Origin: Prevotella sp.
GTDB taxonomy: Bacteria > Bacteroidota > Bacteroidia > Bacteroidales > Bacteroidaceae
DNA length: 64,000 bases
Assembly: GCA_017548605.1 (NCBI GenBank)
Contig: JAFYZT010000045.1
Span: 4,332-68,331 of the forward strand
Direction: 5' to 3'
The notes under the pieces were generated by a model. It did not search any database. It was not told where the DNA came from and was given only the letters and a program-made list of their open reading frames with translations. Shown one piece after another: positions 51,520 through 60,821 of the stretch (positions are counted from its first letter, which is position 1; each line of letters begins with the position of its first letter). Position numbers and translations under genes: made by a program.

Positions 51520-52626
51520 CCATTTTGCCATAAACTTGTCGTAAATTTCATAAATTCCATGATGACAGGTGAGCAGTTGCTTTGCTGTCAGCACTTCGGC
51601 TGCTTTCTGGACGCTACTGGCTGAAGTGAGATGGTGGCGTTTCATAAATTGGCTACCAGTAATCTTCGTGGCTTTCTCTTCTTGGGCTATGGCTATAAAG
51701 AGGTTTCTTTGCTTGATGGTAAGTTGGAAAAGGGTGTCTTTATAGGATTCTTCATTCTGTGAGAGAATACGCTGCTCACTACGCATGATATCGTCGAGAC
51801 TTGCTTCGCTTCCAATAGCTGTTTCTGCAAATAGCTGGTTCAGCATCTTCTGGATATACCATGTCACACCATCATACCTTTTGTATATATAACTCAGAAC
51901 ACCATCACCTAATGTCTTTTGATATCGTGAAAATAAACCTTTAGCGAAATCATCATATTTCTGTACATTTACAGGATGTAGAAATAACATGGAAACACTT
52001 TGGTAAAACGGACGGGATGGGGATGAGAACATTTCGTTCATCAGGCTCTGCTGCGAACCGGAGAAGACAAAGATGGCATTACGACATTGCTGGATATAGG
52101 TGCGCAAAAGGGCTTCGGTGTTTTTTTCAGGATAGTTCACTAGAGACTGGAATTCATCGATGGCTACAATGCAACGCTTATCTGCTGATTGCAAGTAATT
52201 GAAAATCTCATCAAGGGTAAATGCCGGTGATTTGATGTCGCCAATGTTGACGTTCCAACTGGCATTGCCTCGACCATCAAACGAGATACCAGTGCGGAGG
52301 GAAGTGACGTAGAGTAGGAATGTATCAATGAATGACCTACCTTTCGACTTTAGCCGTTTCACAATGCTTTGCCCCATCTGATAGACCATGTCTTGAAGAT
52401 TTTTGGTGGCATAGATGTCAATTAGGAATGTGAAATATGAGTCCTCTATCTCTGGTTGTGCAAAACAGTGATGAAGTAACCCAGTTTTGCCTATTCTGCG
52501 TGGTGATATTAATGCAGTATGGTTGCCGTTAGTGAGCAGACTGATTAGTTGGCGCGTCTCTTCTTCACGGTCGCAAAAATACGCTGCCGATTCGTAACCG
52601 TAGGTAATAAATGGATTGTCTATCAT
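51499..52626 (-). CDS. AAA-type ATP-binding protein (archaeal-ATPase/DUF234-like family)
   Basis: Walker A SPRRIGKTGLL and Walker B VAIDEFQ, with a C-terminal winged-helix-like part. Confidence 0.85.
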   Translation of the reverse strand: MIDNPFITYGYESAAYFCDREEETRQLISLLTNGNHTALISPRRIGKTGLLHHCFAQPEIEDSYFTFLIDIYATKNLQDMVYQMGQSIVKRLKSKGRSFIDTFLLYVTSLRTGISFDGRGNASWNVNIGDIKSPAFTLDEIFNYLQSADKRCIVAIDEFQSLVNYPEKNTEALLRTYIQQCRNAIFVFSGSQQSLMNEMFSSPSRPFYQSVSMLFLHPVNVQKYDDFAKGLFSRYQKTLGDGVLSYIYKRYDGVTWYIQKMLNQLFAETAIGSEASLDDIMRSEQRILSQNEESYKDTLFQLTIKQRNLFIAIAQEEKATKITGSQFMKRHHLTSASSVQKAAEVLTAKQLLTCHHGIYEIYDKFMAKWIQNELS

Positions 52627-52849
52627 GGTGTATTCTTTTTGTTTCTCGCTGCAAATATATATATTTCTAAATAAACACCAAAATTTTTATCCAAAAAAGA
52701 TTATCCTTTTTGGATAAAAGCATCGAGTACCCATTTGTTAGAGGGTAAAACGAGCACAAATAACACGAATCACGGATTAGACTCTACTTACAGATTCAAC
52801 AGATTCGTGTTATTTGTGTTCGCTAATTAGTTGTTTAAAACCGTATAAG

Positions 52850-55800
52850 TCAACGTTCAACCTTTCTCCAATGCCCGTCTTTCGTCTTTATGATATACAG
52901 ACCATGCTGAACAAAGCGTTCCAGTTTCTTACCATCGAGCGTATAGATGGCTTCGAAGTCGTTGTCGTTGAGTGTGATATCTTCGATACTTTCGGGTATT
53001 TGGATTTCCACATGTACCTTCGCAAACTGAATCCTTCCACGCTGGGTGGCTTGTATGACCATGTCGAAAGGCTCGGTGTAGCCACTAACGTAAAGCGTAC
53101 CTTCCGGTGTCAGCTCCAAGGCATCGAGCACTTCCTGCTCAGGTTGGTCGGCGAAGTCATAGACAATGCGTCCTGCACAGTCTGTGGGTTCGAACAGGGT
53201 CGACAAATCCAATTCGTCTTCGATAACCACGGTGCCCGCATCTTTCACATCGCGCTTGCCGTTGAAGTCATCTAAGCAGAAATAGGTGGGGGTGGTCAGA
53301 CCGTATTGATTGCTACGGCTGCCTTCTAGTTTGAAACTGATGCTGCTCACTTCGCCCAATGAACGCAGATCCACCCACTGCCATGTGTCGAGGTAGTAAT
53401 GTTCCACTTCATCATCGTCGCGGTAGTCGGCCAGGTAATAGGTAGTCTGGCTGGTAGTGCCGTCGGCATGCGTGCCGGTAATGACCATGCGCAGGTAGTC
53501 GTCCTTACGGAAAGCTCCCGGTGTCATGCCGTCGCCATTGAGGATGGCGTCGACGGCCCATGCCTCGTTGGTCACATAGAAACCGTCAATCACGTCGGCC
53601 TCCTTGTTCAGCACGTGGATGCTGCCTCCATAGGGATAGGCCACCACATAGTTCTCGCTGCACAGATGACCGCAACCTGCGGCACTGTTGAATTGGTCGG
53701 GATACATCTGAACGAAGTTGGTGGCGGTACGGTTGGAATAGGCGAACTCACTCCAAGAACTCCATTCAGGCATGTTGGTGTTGTCGAACAGATAGCTGCC
53801 GCTGACGAACGAGCCGCTCATGTCGGCACCATACCAGTAACTCTCTTCGGGCAGGTAGAGGTTTTCGAAGGTGGCTGTTACAGCTTTGCCCGTAACAATC
53901 AACCGAACGGTGTCGCGACCTTCAATGCCGTTAGCATCGACGACGATGGCCTGCCAGTCATCACACTCCTGCGGTGTGGCTTCTACGGTACATGTGGACG
54001 TGGCATCATCAAGGTCGTTCTCGCCCATCACTTCATGTTTGCCGTTGAGCCATGTCACATGATAGGGTGCCTCACCATCGACAATGGTGGCGGTGAGCGT
54101 GGTCGTAGAGCCTAATTTCATGGTGGTGGTACCACTGATGGTTATCTGAGGCACCGTCAGTTCCGTCAGTTCATGACCTTCGGCAATGAATGCTTCGGTG
54201 TTGTAGAGAATGCTCTCCGTGCCTCGCAGACTGCGCAGCATGATGAAGGCTCGGTAGGTCTTGCCCGTTTCCAGTTCCGTGGATACGAGAGAACCCTCGC
54301 TGCCCTTGTGCAGTGCCACACGCTGGCCGCTGGCCAGCACTTCGGCGACGGTGGGTGTCGTGCCGTCTTCCACCACGAGTACGAAGGCTTCGCTGTTCAT
54401 GTCGGCAGCAAACAGAATACGGGCGGTGGTGTCGGTGTTGTCAGTCACACTGGGATAGCCATCGTTCATCACAGGAGCACGGTCATCGTCATCGTATTCG
54501 TAGGCACCGAGGGTAGGCTGCTCAGCACGCTCCGTGCCGTTGATGTCGTCATAGACCCACGACAGCTGTTCACCGCTGACCAAGCCACCAGCATCTGCAG
54601 GTTCCAGAATCTCATCGTCTAGGAAGGTGACCTCTTCATCAAGGCCATCGGTCTCGCCCGACTGTTTTACCCAGAGGGAATGAGTGGCATAGCCTGTGTC
54701 GCCAATCAAGGCGAACAGGTTACCATTGGTATGCCCAGCCTGATGGCGCCATGACACAGGACTGAGGTAACTGTCATTGCTTATGCGGTACACATAACCG
54801 TGACTGCTGTTCTGCAGCACGTTGTTCACCATTTCCACGCCGGCTCCCATCTTGTCGTTCAGGAAGAAGATGGCACCGCTATTCGTGCCTCGGGCAATGA
54901 GGGTGTTGTGGGCAATGCGCAGATAACTCGAACTGCTGTTCACAACCATGGTGTAGTCGGCGTTGCTGATGCCGTTGACCACCACCTCATTGTTGAATAC
55001 GTTGACTGGACAGGCTGCGGTGCCATTGACCAGACGGATGTGTATACCGGTGGTCTCACCAGTGCTGCCAAAATAGAGGTGGTTGCCTTCTATCACAGCA
55101 CTTTCATCGTAGGTGTCGCGCACCTGGAAGTCGATGCCACGGAAGTTGCTGCCGGTCTTTTGCGAACGGATGGTGTTGTGGATGACCTTCACACCGCTCT
55201 CTTCCATCACGTAGATGCCTTTGCTGCCTTGGTCAACGAAGGTGTTGTTCTCAATAACACCGCCTCGCTCCTTGGGTAACACTACATAACCGGTACCGCC
55301 CATACGGATGCCGATATAGCCGCCTTCCAGCAGACAGTTCGTCACTGTCAGGTAGTCGTTGTTTTTGTTAGCAACGTTCGCGGCATAGGTATTGATGAGC
55401 TTGATATCACCATTATTGTAGTTTTGGCTCGTGGCACAGTGGATATGGCAATGGTCGATGGTGACATGGCGGCTCTCATTGGAAATATGCACCACACCGG
55501 GGAATGACAAGTCCTGAGTGGTGATGTCCAGACCACGTAGTGTCACATAGTCACAATGGTCGATGGTGAACACACCGAATTCCTTCGACATCTTGTCATC
55601 GCTGTATGGGGGCTCGTCGTAGTGATCGAAATAGATTTTTACGTCTTCCCAACTGCCTGTCTGACTCTCAATCACCAACGGGTTGTTACGTGAGGTGCCG
55701 GGGATGGCGGGCACCTTCACCACCTCGTTGTAGATGCCGGGAAGGATGCTGATGGTAACGGGACCGCTGATGCCGCCACTCACGGCATCCACGGCGGCTT

Positions 55801-58429
55801 GTATCGTGCCGTAATTACCGCCACGACCCACGGTGAGCTTTCCCTTGAACCCTTCAGAGACGGTCATCACGGCAGGCGTCACTTCGCTCAATGTGAATGT
55901 AGTGCGGTCGGTGACGAGCAAGGTGGGGGTGATACTCAGTGTACTTCCAGCGGGTGCGTCTGCCTTCACATCAATGACGACATGGAAATAACAGGTGCCG
56001 TCTTTCCCGAAGACATAGCTGCCTGTGACAGCCGACAGGTCGCCAGTGGACTCTCCGAAGAGGGCGGTGGGTGAGAAACTGCTTTCACCATCGGTAGCAT
56101 AGACGGCCACACGGTCGATATGTTCGCTGCTTTCGTTGTTGAACGTGAACTGTTCAAGAGTCATCTTACTGCCTTCACCGGCCACACTGATGCCGATAGT
56201 GTACATCAATACATCGGTGACTCCCTGCATCACTACGGCAGATGGTGCACTGACGATGCTTACTCCGGTAATCTCCTGTCGTTCCTCGGCATAAGAACTC
56301 ACGTCGATGGCGAAGCCCTCGGGTTGGTTGAAAGTGCTCTTCACCACGAAACGGGCAGTGAGTTTACCGTCGGGAGCGCTACTCACGAAATAGTCGGCCT
56401 GGGCCGTGGCTCCACTGAGAGCGGCCAACAATTGCGCTTCGGCCACCTCGCCACCATTATATATATATAAGGTGTCCTTGGTGCCCAAAGAGAGTTGCTG
56501 GAAGTCAAAACGTATCTGTTCGCCTGCAGTAAGCGGATAGAAGGTCACGGTGCCGTCGAACTTCTTCGTGGCTTTTCCGTCTTCACCACCATCATCGTAG
56601 AAAAGGATATGCTGGCCGTGGGCTACGCCAATCTCACCGTTATCGCCGGACGCCAGCAAATAGATGTCTTTCACTGTGCGCGAACCGTCGGGATCGCCAT
56701 TGACGACAGCAATGTCATTGCCGCCAGCATTGATACTTATTACACGGGCATCAATCTCGTCTTCGCCCTCTGCATCGTCACTCACATTACCACGCAGTCG
56801 GAAATAATTGTTGCCCTCCTGCAACTGAAGAGGAGTGGTCAGTGTCAGCACGGTACTCTCACCGTTGACGTTGACAGTACCTATGCTGGGGTTGGTCACC
56901 TCGCCGTCGCTGCGACCGAGGTAGTAGAGCGACAATTGCGACAAAGGACTGTTCTTCGTGTCGATGGTGATGCTGTTCAGGCTGATGACACTCTGGTCGC
57001 CCATGGCGGTGATGTTCATCGTGAGCAGGTCGATATCCATGGCGTGATTGGGCACGATGTCGGTACTCGCCTGTGTCACCTCCACCTTATCAACGGCCAT
57101 GGGCTGTGACAGATATTCACTCACCTCGGCCTGCCAGCCGGTGCTGTTGTAGTTCCAGTCATTGGGACAGAACAGGATGGTCAGCGAGCCGTCAGCGGCA
57201 GTGCTGCGGACGATATGGCCGGGACCAACGTCCTTGTCTTCAACGTTGTTCAACTCCCACAGCAGGGTGCCGGTGGTGCCCGAACCGCTGTAAATCTTGA
57301 ATTTTGACTTCACACCACCATAATAGCTGTTGGTGTACTGCAAACCGAACTCGGTAAAGTCAATCTGACAGACCATCCCCTCATGCTTGGGATGGAAGAT
57401 GGTGATACGGTCGTCATTACCGGGCTCGTAGCGGTGCTGGTATTCGCTCACGTCGCGGGTGCGGAAATGCAGACTCCCGTTCACGGTGCGTTCCTGTGTG
57501 CCTTGGTTGGCGTAGCAATAGACAATGTTGTCCACAGGACGACTACCTTCAGGATTGCCGCTGCTGATGGCCGTCATGGTGCCACTGAGGGTGAGGGTGA
57601 TGAGACCGCCGTCGATAGTCGTTCCTTCCTCGGCACCGTCGCTGATGTCATAGACGAGGAAGAAATGGTTGTCACCCTCGTATAGGGTGATGGCTTCGTC
57701 ACAATCAATGGAAAACTCATCCGATGTAATGGCGGTGCTGCCTACAAGCCGTGAACCGGCCATGCTACCGTTGATGCCTCCATAGTATAACTTGGCCGAA
57801 GCCAGATTGGCAAAGGTGCCTGCGGTGGTGAAGATGAACTGGTTAGCGGTCAGTGCCGGCTCGGTATCGCGGGTGATGAGGTTGAAATAGAGGATGGGTT
57901 GGTTCTTGTCGTCAGCACATACGGGGTCGAGGGTGGGGTGGTTGGCCTCCACATGGTCCAGGGCCATGGGCTGTGGCGTGTACTGGGTAATCAGGGCTTC
58001 TATACCATCGGCGGTTTGCTTCGTGCCGTTGGTGCCGAGGAAGATAGTTATCGACCCGTCGTCTGCTGTGGAATGGGTGATGCAGGTCTCCCCGTGGCGC
58101 AGTGTCTTCAACAACTGGCTGGGGTCTTGGCTGTGACCGTTGTACACAGCGATGTATTGGTAGTAGATGGAGCCGTTGGCCAGGGCAACTTTCTGGAAAT
58201 CTACCTGAATTTTCTTCGTCGCATCTGCGGGAACAAAGGTGATGAGACCGTTGTATTCGGAGGTGATTTCTCCATCCTTGCCGCCATCGTCGTAGAGCAT
58301 AATGGGGGTGTCGCCCACGGTAATCTCTTGATGCTCATTGTTCATGAGCACTTCAATGGGCTCGTCGGCTGTGGCATTTCCTGCTATCAGAAGCAGGAGC
58401 CAAGTAATGAATAGTGTGTGTGTCTTCAT
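52850..58429 (-). CDS. 1859-aa T9SS-sorted surface protein: CUB-like modules, parallel beta-helix region, C-terminal DUF4465-like domain
   Basis: Signal peptide. Three units of the LYDDGG-DG...F-P type, beta-helix repeats (NNTFVDQGSKGIYV, IHNTIRS) and a DUF4465-like module homologous to that of 10636-13131. Tail is IYTLDGKKLERFVQHGLYIIKTKDGHWRKVER. Last gene of the riboswitch-led operon. Confidence 0.85.
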   Translation of the reverse strand: MKTHTLFITWLLLLIAGNATADEPIEVLMNNEHQEITVGDTPIMLYDDGGKDGEITSEYNGLITFVPADATKKIQVDFQKVALANGSIYYQYIAVYNGHSQDPSQLLKTLRHGETCITHSTADDGSITIFLGTNGTKQTADGIEALITQYTPQPMALDHVEANHPTLDPVCADDKNQPILYFNLITRDTEPALTANQFIFTTAGTFANLASAKLYYGGINGSMAGSRLVGSTAITSDEFSIDCDEAITLYEGDNHFFLVYDISDGAEEGTTIDGGLITLTLSGTMTAISSGNPEGSRPVDNIVYCYANQGTQERTVNGSLHFRTRDVSEYQHRYEPGNDDRITIFHPKHEGMVCQIDFTEFGLQYTNSYYGGVKSKFKIYSGSGTTGTLLWELNNVEDKDVGPGHIVRSTAADGSLTILFCPNDWNYNSTGWQAEVSEYLSQPMAVDKVEVTQASTDIVPNHAMDIDLLTMNITAMGDQSVISLNSITIDTKNSPLSQLSLYYLGRSDGEVTNPSIGTVNVNGESTVLTLTTPLQLQEGNNYFRLRGNVSDDAEGEDEIDARVISINAGGNDIAVVNGDPDGSRTVKDIYLLASGDNGEIGVAHGQHILFYDDGGEDGKATKKFDGTVTFYPLTAGEQIRFDFQQLSLGTKDTLYIYNGGEVAEAQLLAALSGATAQADYFVSSAPDGKLTARFVVKSTFNQPEGFAIDVSSYAEERQEITGVSIVSAPSAVVMQGVTDVLMYTIGISVAGEGSKMTLEQFTFNNESSEHIDRVAVYATDGESSFSPTALFGESTGDLSAVTGSYVFGKDGTCYFHVVIDVKADAPAGSTLSITPTLLVTDRTTFTLSEVTPAVMTVSEGFKGKLTVGRGGNYGTIQAAVDAVSGGISGPVTISILPGIYNEVVKVPAIPGTSRNNPLVIESQTGSWEDVKIYFDHYDEPPYSDDKMSKEFGVFTIDHCDYVTLRGLDITTQDLSFPGVVHISNESRHVTIDHCHIHCATSQNYNNGDIKLINTYAANVANKNNDYLTVTNCLLEGGYIGIRMGGTGYVVLPKERGGVIENNTFVDQGSKGIYVMEESGVKVIHNTIRSQKTGSNFRGIDFQVRDTYDESAVIEGNHLYFGSTGETTGIHIRLVNGTAACPVNVFNNEVVVNGISNADYTMVVNSSSSYLRIAHNTLIARGTNSGAIFFLNDKMGAGVEMVNNVLQNSSHGYVYRISNDSYLSPVSWRHQAGHTNGNLFALIGDTGYATHSLWVKQSGETDGLDEEVTFLDDEILEPADAGGLVSGEQLSWVYDDINGTERAEQPTLGAYEYDDDDRAPVMNDGYPSVTDNTDTTARILFAADMNSEAFVLVVEDGTTPTVAEVLASGQRVALHKGSEGSLVSTELETGKTYRAFIMLRSLRGTESILYNTEAFIAEGHELTELTVPQITISGTTTMKLGSTTTLTATIVDGEAPYHVTWLNGKHEVMGENDLDDATSTCTVEATPQECDDWQAIVVDANGIEGRDTVRLIVTGKAVTATFENLYLPEESYWYGADMSGSFVSGSYLFDNTNMPEWSSWSEFAYSNRTATNFVQMYPDQFNSAAGCGHLCSENYVVAYPYGGSIHVLNKEADVIDGFYVTNEAWAVDAILNGDGMTPGAFRKDDYLRMVITGTHADGTTSQTTYYLADYRDDDEVEHYYLDTWQWVDLRSLGEVSSISFKLEGSRSNQYGLTTPTYFCLDDFNGKRDVKDAGTVVIEDELDLSTLFEPTDCAGRIVYDFADQPEQEVLDALELTPEGTLYVSGYTEPFDMVIQATQRGRIQFAKVHVEIQIPESIEDITLNDNDFEAIYTLDGKKLERFVQHGLYIIKTKDGHWRKVER

Positions 58430-58490
58430 ATTATAGTGGTTGTTTTGCTGTTTGTTGGTTTCTTTCCTTCCTTGTTTCCCTTAAGTTTTC

Positions 58491-59573
58491 CTATGGCTTC
58501 CTGATAACTTTTGCTTTACCGTTCTGCCGAATAATACTTAAGCCGTGCTGGGGTGCGGATAACCGTCGTCCGCTGAGGTCGTAATACTCAACTGCGCCAT
58601 TCCCCAAAGCCTTGTCACCCGCCATTTCGCTTATCCCTGTCAAAGCCTTTACAGAGGCTTCCAGGTGCAGGTCCTTAGCTCCCGACACCTCGGTCGAGGT
58701 CTCGCCTATCCAGCCGCATTGCTGGTTTTCCGCAGTATAGACACGCACGAAATCGATGCCGTCAAGATGTACCGGCTGACGGTTGTCATCCACGGCCCAA
58801 TCGATATCGAAACCGTTGGCCTGCCAGTCGTAGTCGCCATCGGTGCCAAGGTTGGCTTGGTTATCGACATAGCCCCAGTCGAAGGCGGTCAGTTCCCATT
58901 TCTGGGGACTCACGCTCACCTGCGTGCCGTTTTTCGGCAACAGGGTACCGCAGTAGGTCTGCGCACCGTCCATCCACAGCGGGAAATATTCCTGGTCGTG
59001 GAAATCGTCTAAGCGCTGGATGAATCCTTCGCCGCCTTGGTTATCGGTCCAGGGGATAACACCCATGGGGTTGGGCTGGTAGGTCACCTCATAGCCATAT
59101 ACAACGTCGGTGCAGCTGCCTGCCAATTCATACCATGTGTCATCGGGCAGGCCGTTGCCGTTCTCATCGACACTCACCATGACAATGCCAGGTTCACTAC
59201 TCAGAACCAACAGACTGCCGTCGCTCTGCTTGGTGGCGAAGGTATTGCCCAGCACGCTGAAGTCGAGCTGGCCTGCCTCGTTGCTCACGCGGTGGTCGAA
59301 ATGGAAGGTGACAGAGCCACCGAAAGCGCCCAGGCAAATCATGCTATGTCCCTGTTGGTACACGTCGCCGGCAATGGCCTGTGTGCATTTCGCAGCCATG
59401 CTGGCAGCATCGTCGCCTGTCACATACACGGGCATGGTGTTGATGAATTGTCCTGGTGCCGGACGGTACTCGTCAACGCCTTGTAGCCATGCGCTGTAAC
59501 CCTCGTAACTGTCCTGCCCAAAGGCAAGGCCTCTCACCGCCGTCATGGCAATAAAAAGTAGTATTTTCTTCAT
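58491..59573 (-). CDS. T9SS-sorted protein of unknown function in the B12 operon
   Basis: Has a signal peptide. The C-terminal VEYYDLSGRRLSAPQHGLSIIRQNGKAKVIRKP looks like a T9SS CTD. Confidence 0.8.
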   Translation of the reverse strand: MKKILLFIAMTAVRGLAFGQDSYEGYSAWLQGVDEYRPAPGQFINTMPVYVTGDDAASMAAKCTQAIAGDVYQQGHSMICLGAFGGSVTFHFDHRVSNEAGQLDFSVLGNTFATKQSDGSLLVLSSEPGIVMVSVDENGNGLPDDTWYELAGSCTDVVYGYEVTYQPNPMGVIPWTDNQGGEGFIQRLDDFHDQEYFPLWMDGAQTYCGTLLPKNGTQVSVSPQKWELTAFDWGYVDNQANLGTDGDYDWQANGFDIDWAVDDNRQPVHLDGIDFVRVYTAENQQCGWIGETSTEVSGAKDLHLEASVKALTGISEMAGDKALGNGAVEYYDLSGRRLSAPQHGLSIIRQNGKAKVIRKP

Positions 59574-59592
59574 ATTTTTTCTTTACCTTTTT

Positions 59593-59690
59593 GTCGTTAT
59601 TTCGTTATCACGTTATTACGTCATTTCGTTATTACGTTATCACGAAACGTTCAATGTTCAACGTTCCACGTTCCACGTTAAAAACGCTGC
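59593..59690. repeat. word array (cgttat/acgttcc)
   Basis: gtcgttatttcgttatcacgttattacgtcatttcgttattacgttatcacgaaacgttcaatgttcaacgttccacgttccacgtt. Overlaps the stop of 59658-60821. Confidence 0.75.
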
Positions 59691-60821
59691 ATGTCCGGGA
59701 ATGTCGCCTGTAGCAGTGTCCCATTTGTAGTTGCCATCTTTGTCAAAGCAGAACAGGACACCACTCGACACGTAGTTGGTGGCATCCATGATATACAGGT
59801 CGCGCGTCTGCGGGTGTACTTTGATGCCGTAGGGCGTGCGTATTTTACGTCCTTCGGGCAGGGTGATGTGATTCTTCGTCAACACCTCCAATGTCTTCAG
59901 GTGCAGGATGCCGTAGTTGTTCTGTTTCTTCCCTTCCACGGTCTCGCTGCCGTAGAAATACAGACTGTCGCTACAGATGTCGAGGTCGGCAACGGGCGTG
60001 TCTATCTCGTGTGTCAACAGCATGTCGCCATTCACATCGGGCTCCAACAGGTACAGGCGTGAGGGAATGTTCTCGTAGTCACCGCGCGATGCCACCCACA
60101 GACGGCCATACTGGTCGGCGCGAATACGGAATAGGTTGGGAGCCACATCGATATGACGCTCTAAACGAAATGTGGTAAGGTCGATGACGCTCACCCTGTT
60201 GTCATAACCCAGACCCTCGGTAGCGTTGTAGCCGCCACTGTTGGCCACGTATAGTTTGCCACCGGTGATGGCCAGCTCGTCGGGCTGATAACCTACGCTC
60301 ACCGTGCCCACCACCTGCAGACTGGTAGTGTCTACCTTATATACACTGCCCAAAACTGATTGACCATTCACAGGGCCCACGTAACTGCTCACGTAGGCAT
60401 AGCCGTCGGCAAAGGCCATGTAACGGCAGTTGGGGATGTCCACATGACCAATACTCACGGCAGTGAAGGCATCAGCCACCTCCACCTTGTTGCTGCAGTT
60501 GATAACCATCCACAGACGGTGCCCGTACACGCTTATGTCGTTGCCTACATCGCCCAGACTCATCGTCACCGAAGGGTTGCGCGAGGGATATATATTTCGG
60601 TGATATTCGCCGGTAGTAAAGTCCAAGTAGTCAAGAGTTGCCTTGTTCGAGCCCATGTTACCCTCGTTGAGCACGTACATGCCAAGGTAGTCGCGGCCGC
60701 TGCCGTCCACGGGCACGTCGCCGGTATCATCGGTCATGGGATAGTAAATCAGCTCCTCGTCGCGACAACCGACAAGCAGCAGCATGACTAACAGCAGGTA
60801 TGTCAGGTGTTTCTTCTTCAT
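59658..60821 (-). CDS. btuG: BtuG-like surface lipoprotein (YncE-type beta-propeller)
   Basis: Lipobox MLLLVGC and repetitive blade-like segments. ATGA overlap with the upstream btuB-like stop, the same position as btuG in Bacteroides B12 loci. The last codons (LTWNVER) are read from a word-repeat array. Confidence 0.6.
   Translation of the reverse strand: MKKKHLTYLLLVMLLLVGCRDEELIYYPMTDDTGDVPVDGSGRDYLGMYVLNEGNMGSNKATLDYLDFTTGEYHRNIYPSRNPSVTMSLGDVGNDISVYGHRLWMVINCSNKVEVADAFTAVSIGHVDIPNCRYMAFADGYAYVSSYVGPVNGQSVLGSVYKVDTTSLQVVGTVSVGYQPDELAITGGKLYVANSGGYNATEGLGYDNRVSVIDLTTFRLERHIDVAPNLFRIRADQYGRLWVASRGDYENIPSRLYLLEPDVNGDMLLTHEIDTPVADLDICSDSLYFYGSETVEGKKQNNYGILHLKTLEVLTKNHITLPEGRKIRTPYGIKVHPQTRDLYIMDATNYVSSGVLFCFDKDGNYKWDTATGDIPGHAAFLTWNVER

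Noticed and set aside
52752-52821. Long inverted repeat (gagcacaaataacacgaatc ... gattcgtgttatttgtgttc) as a distinct regulatory element
   Set aside because: It is built from the same CACGAAT words as the 96-bp family. It sits just downstream of the 1859-aa gene and lacks a U-tract. It is most simply an inverted fragment of that repeat, perhaps acting as a 3' stabiliser.
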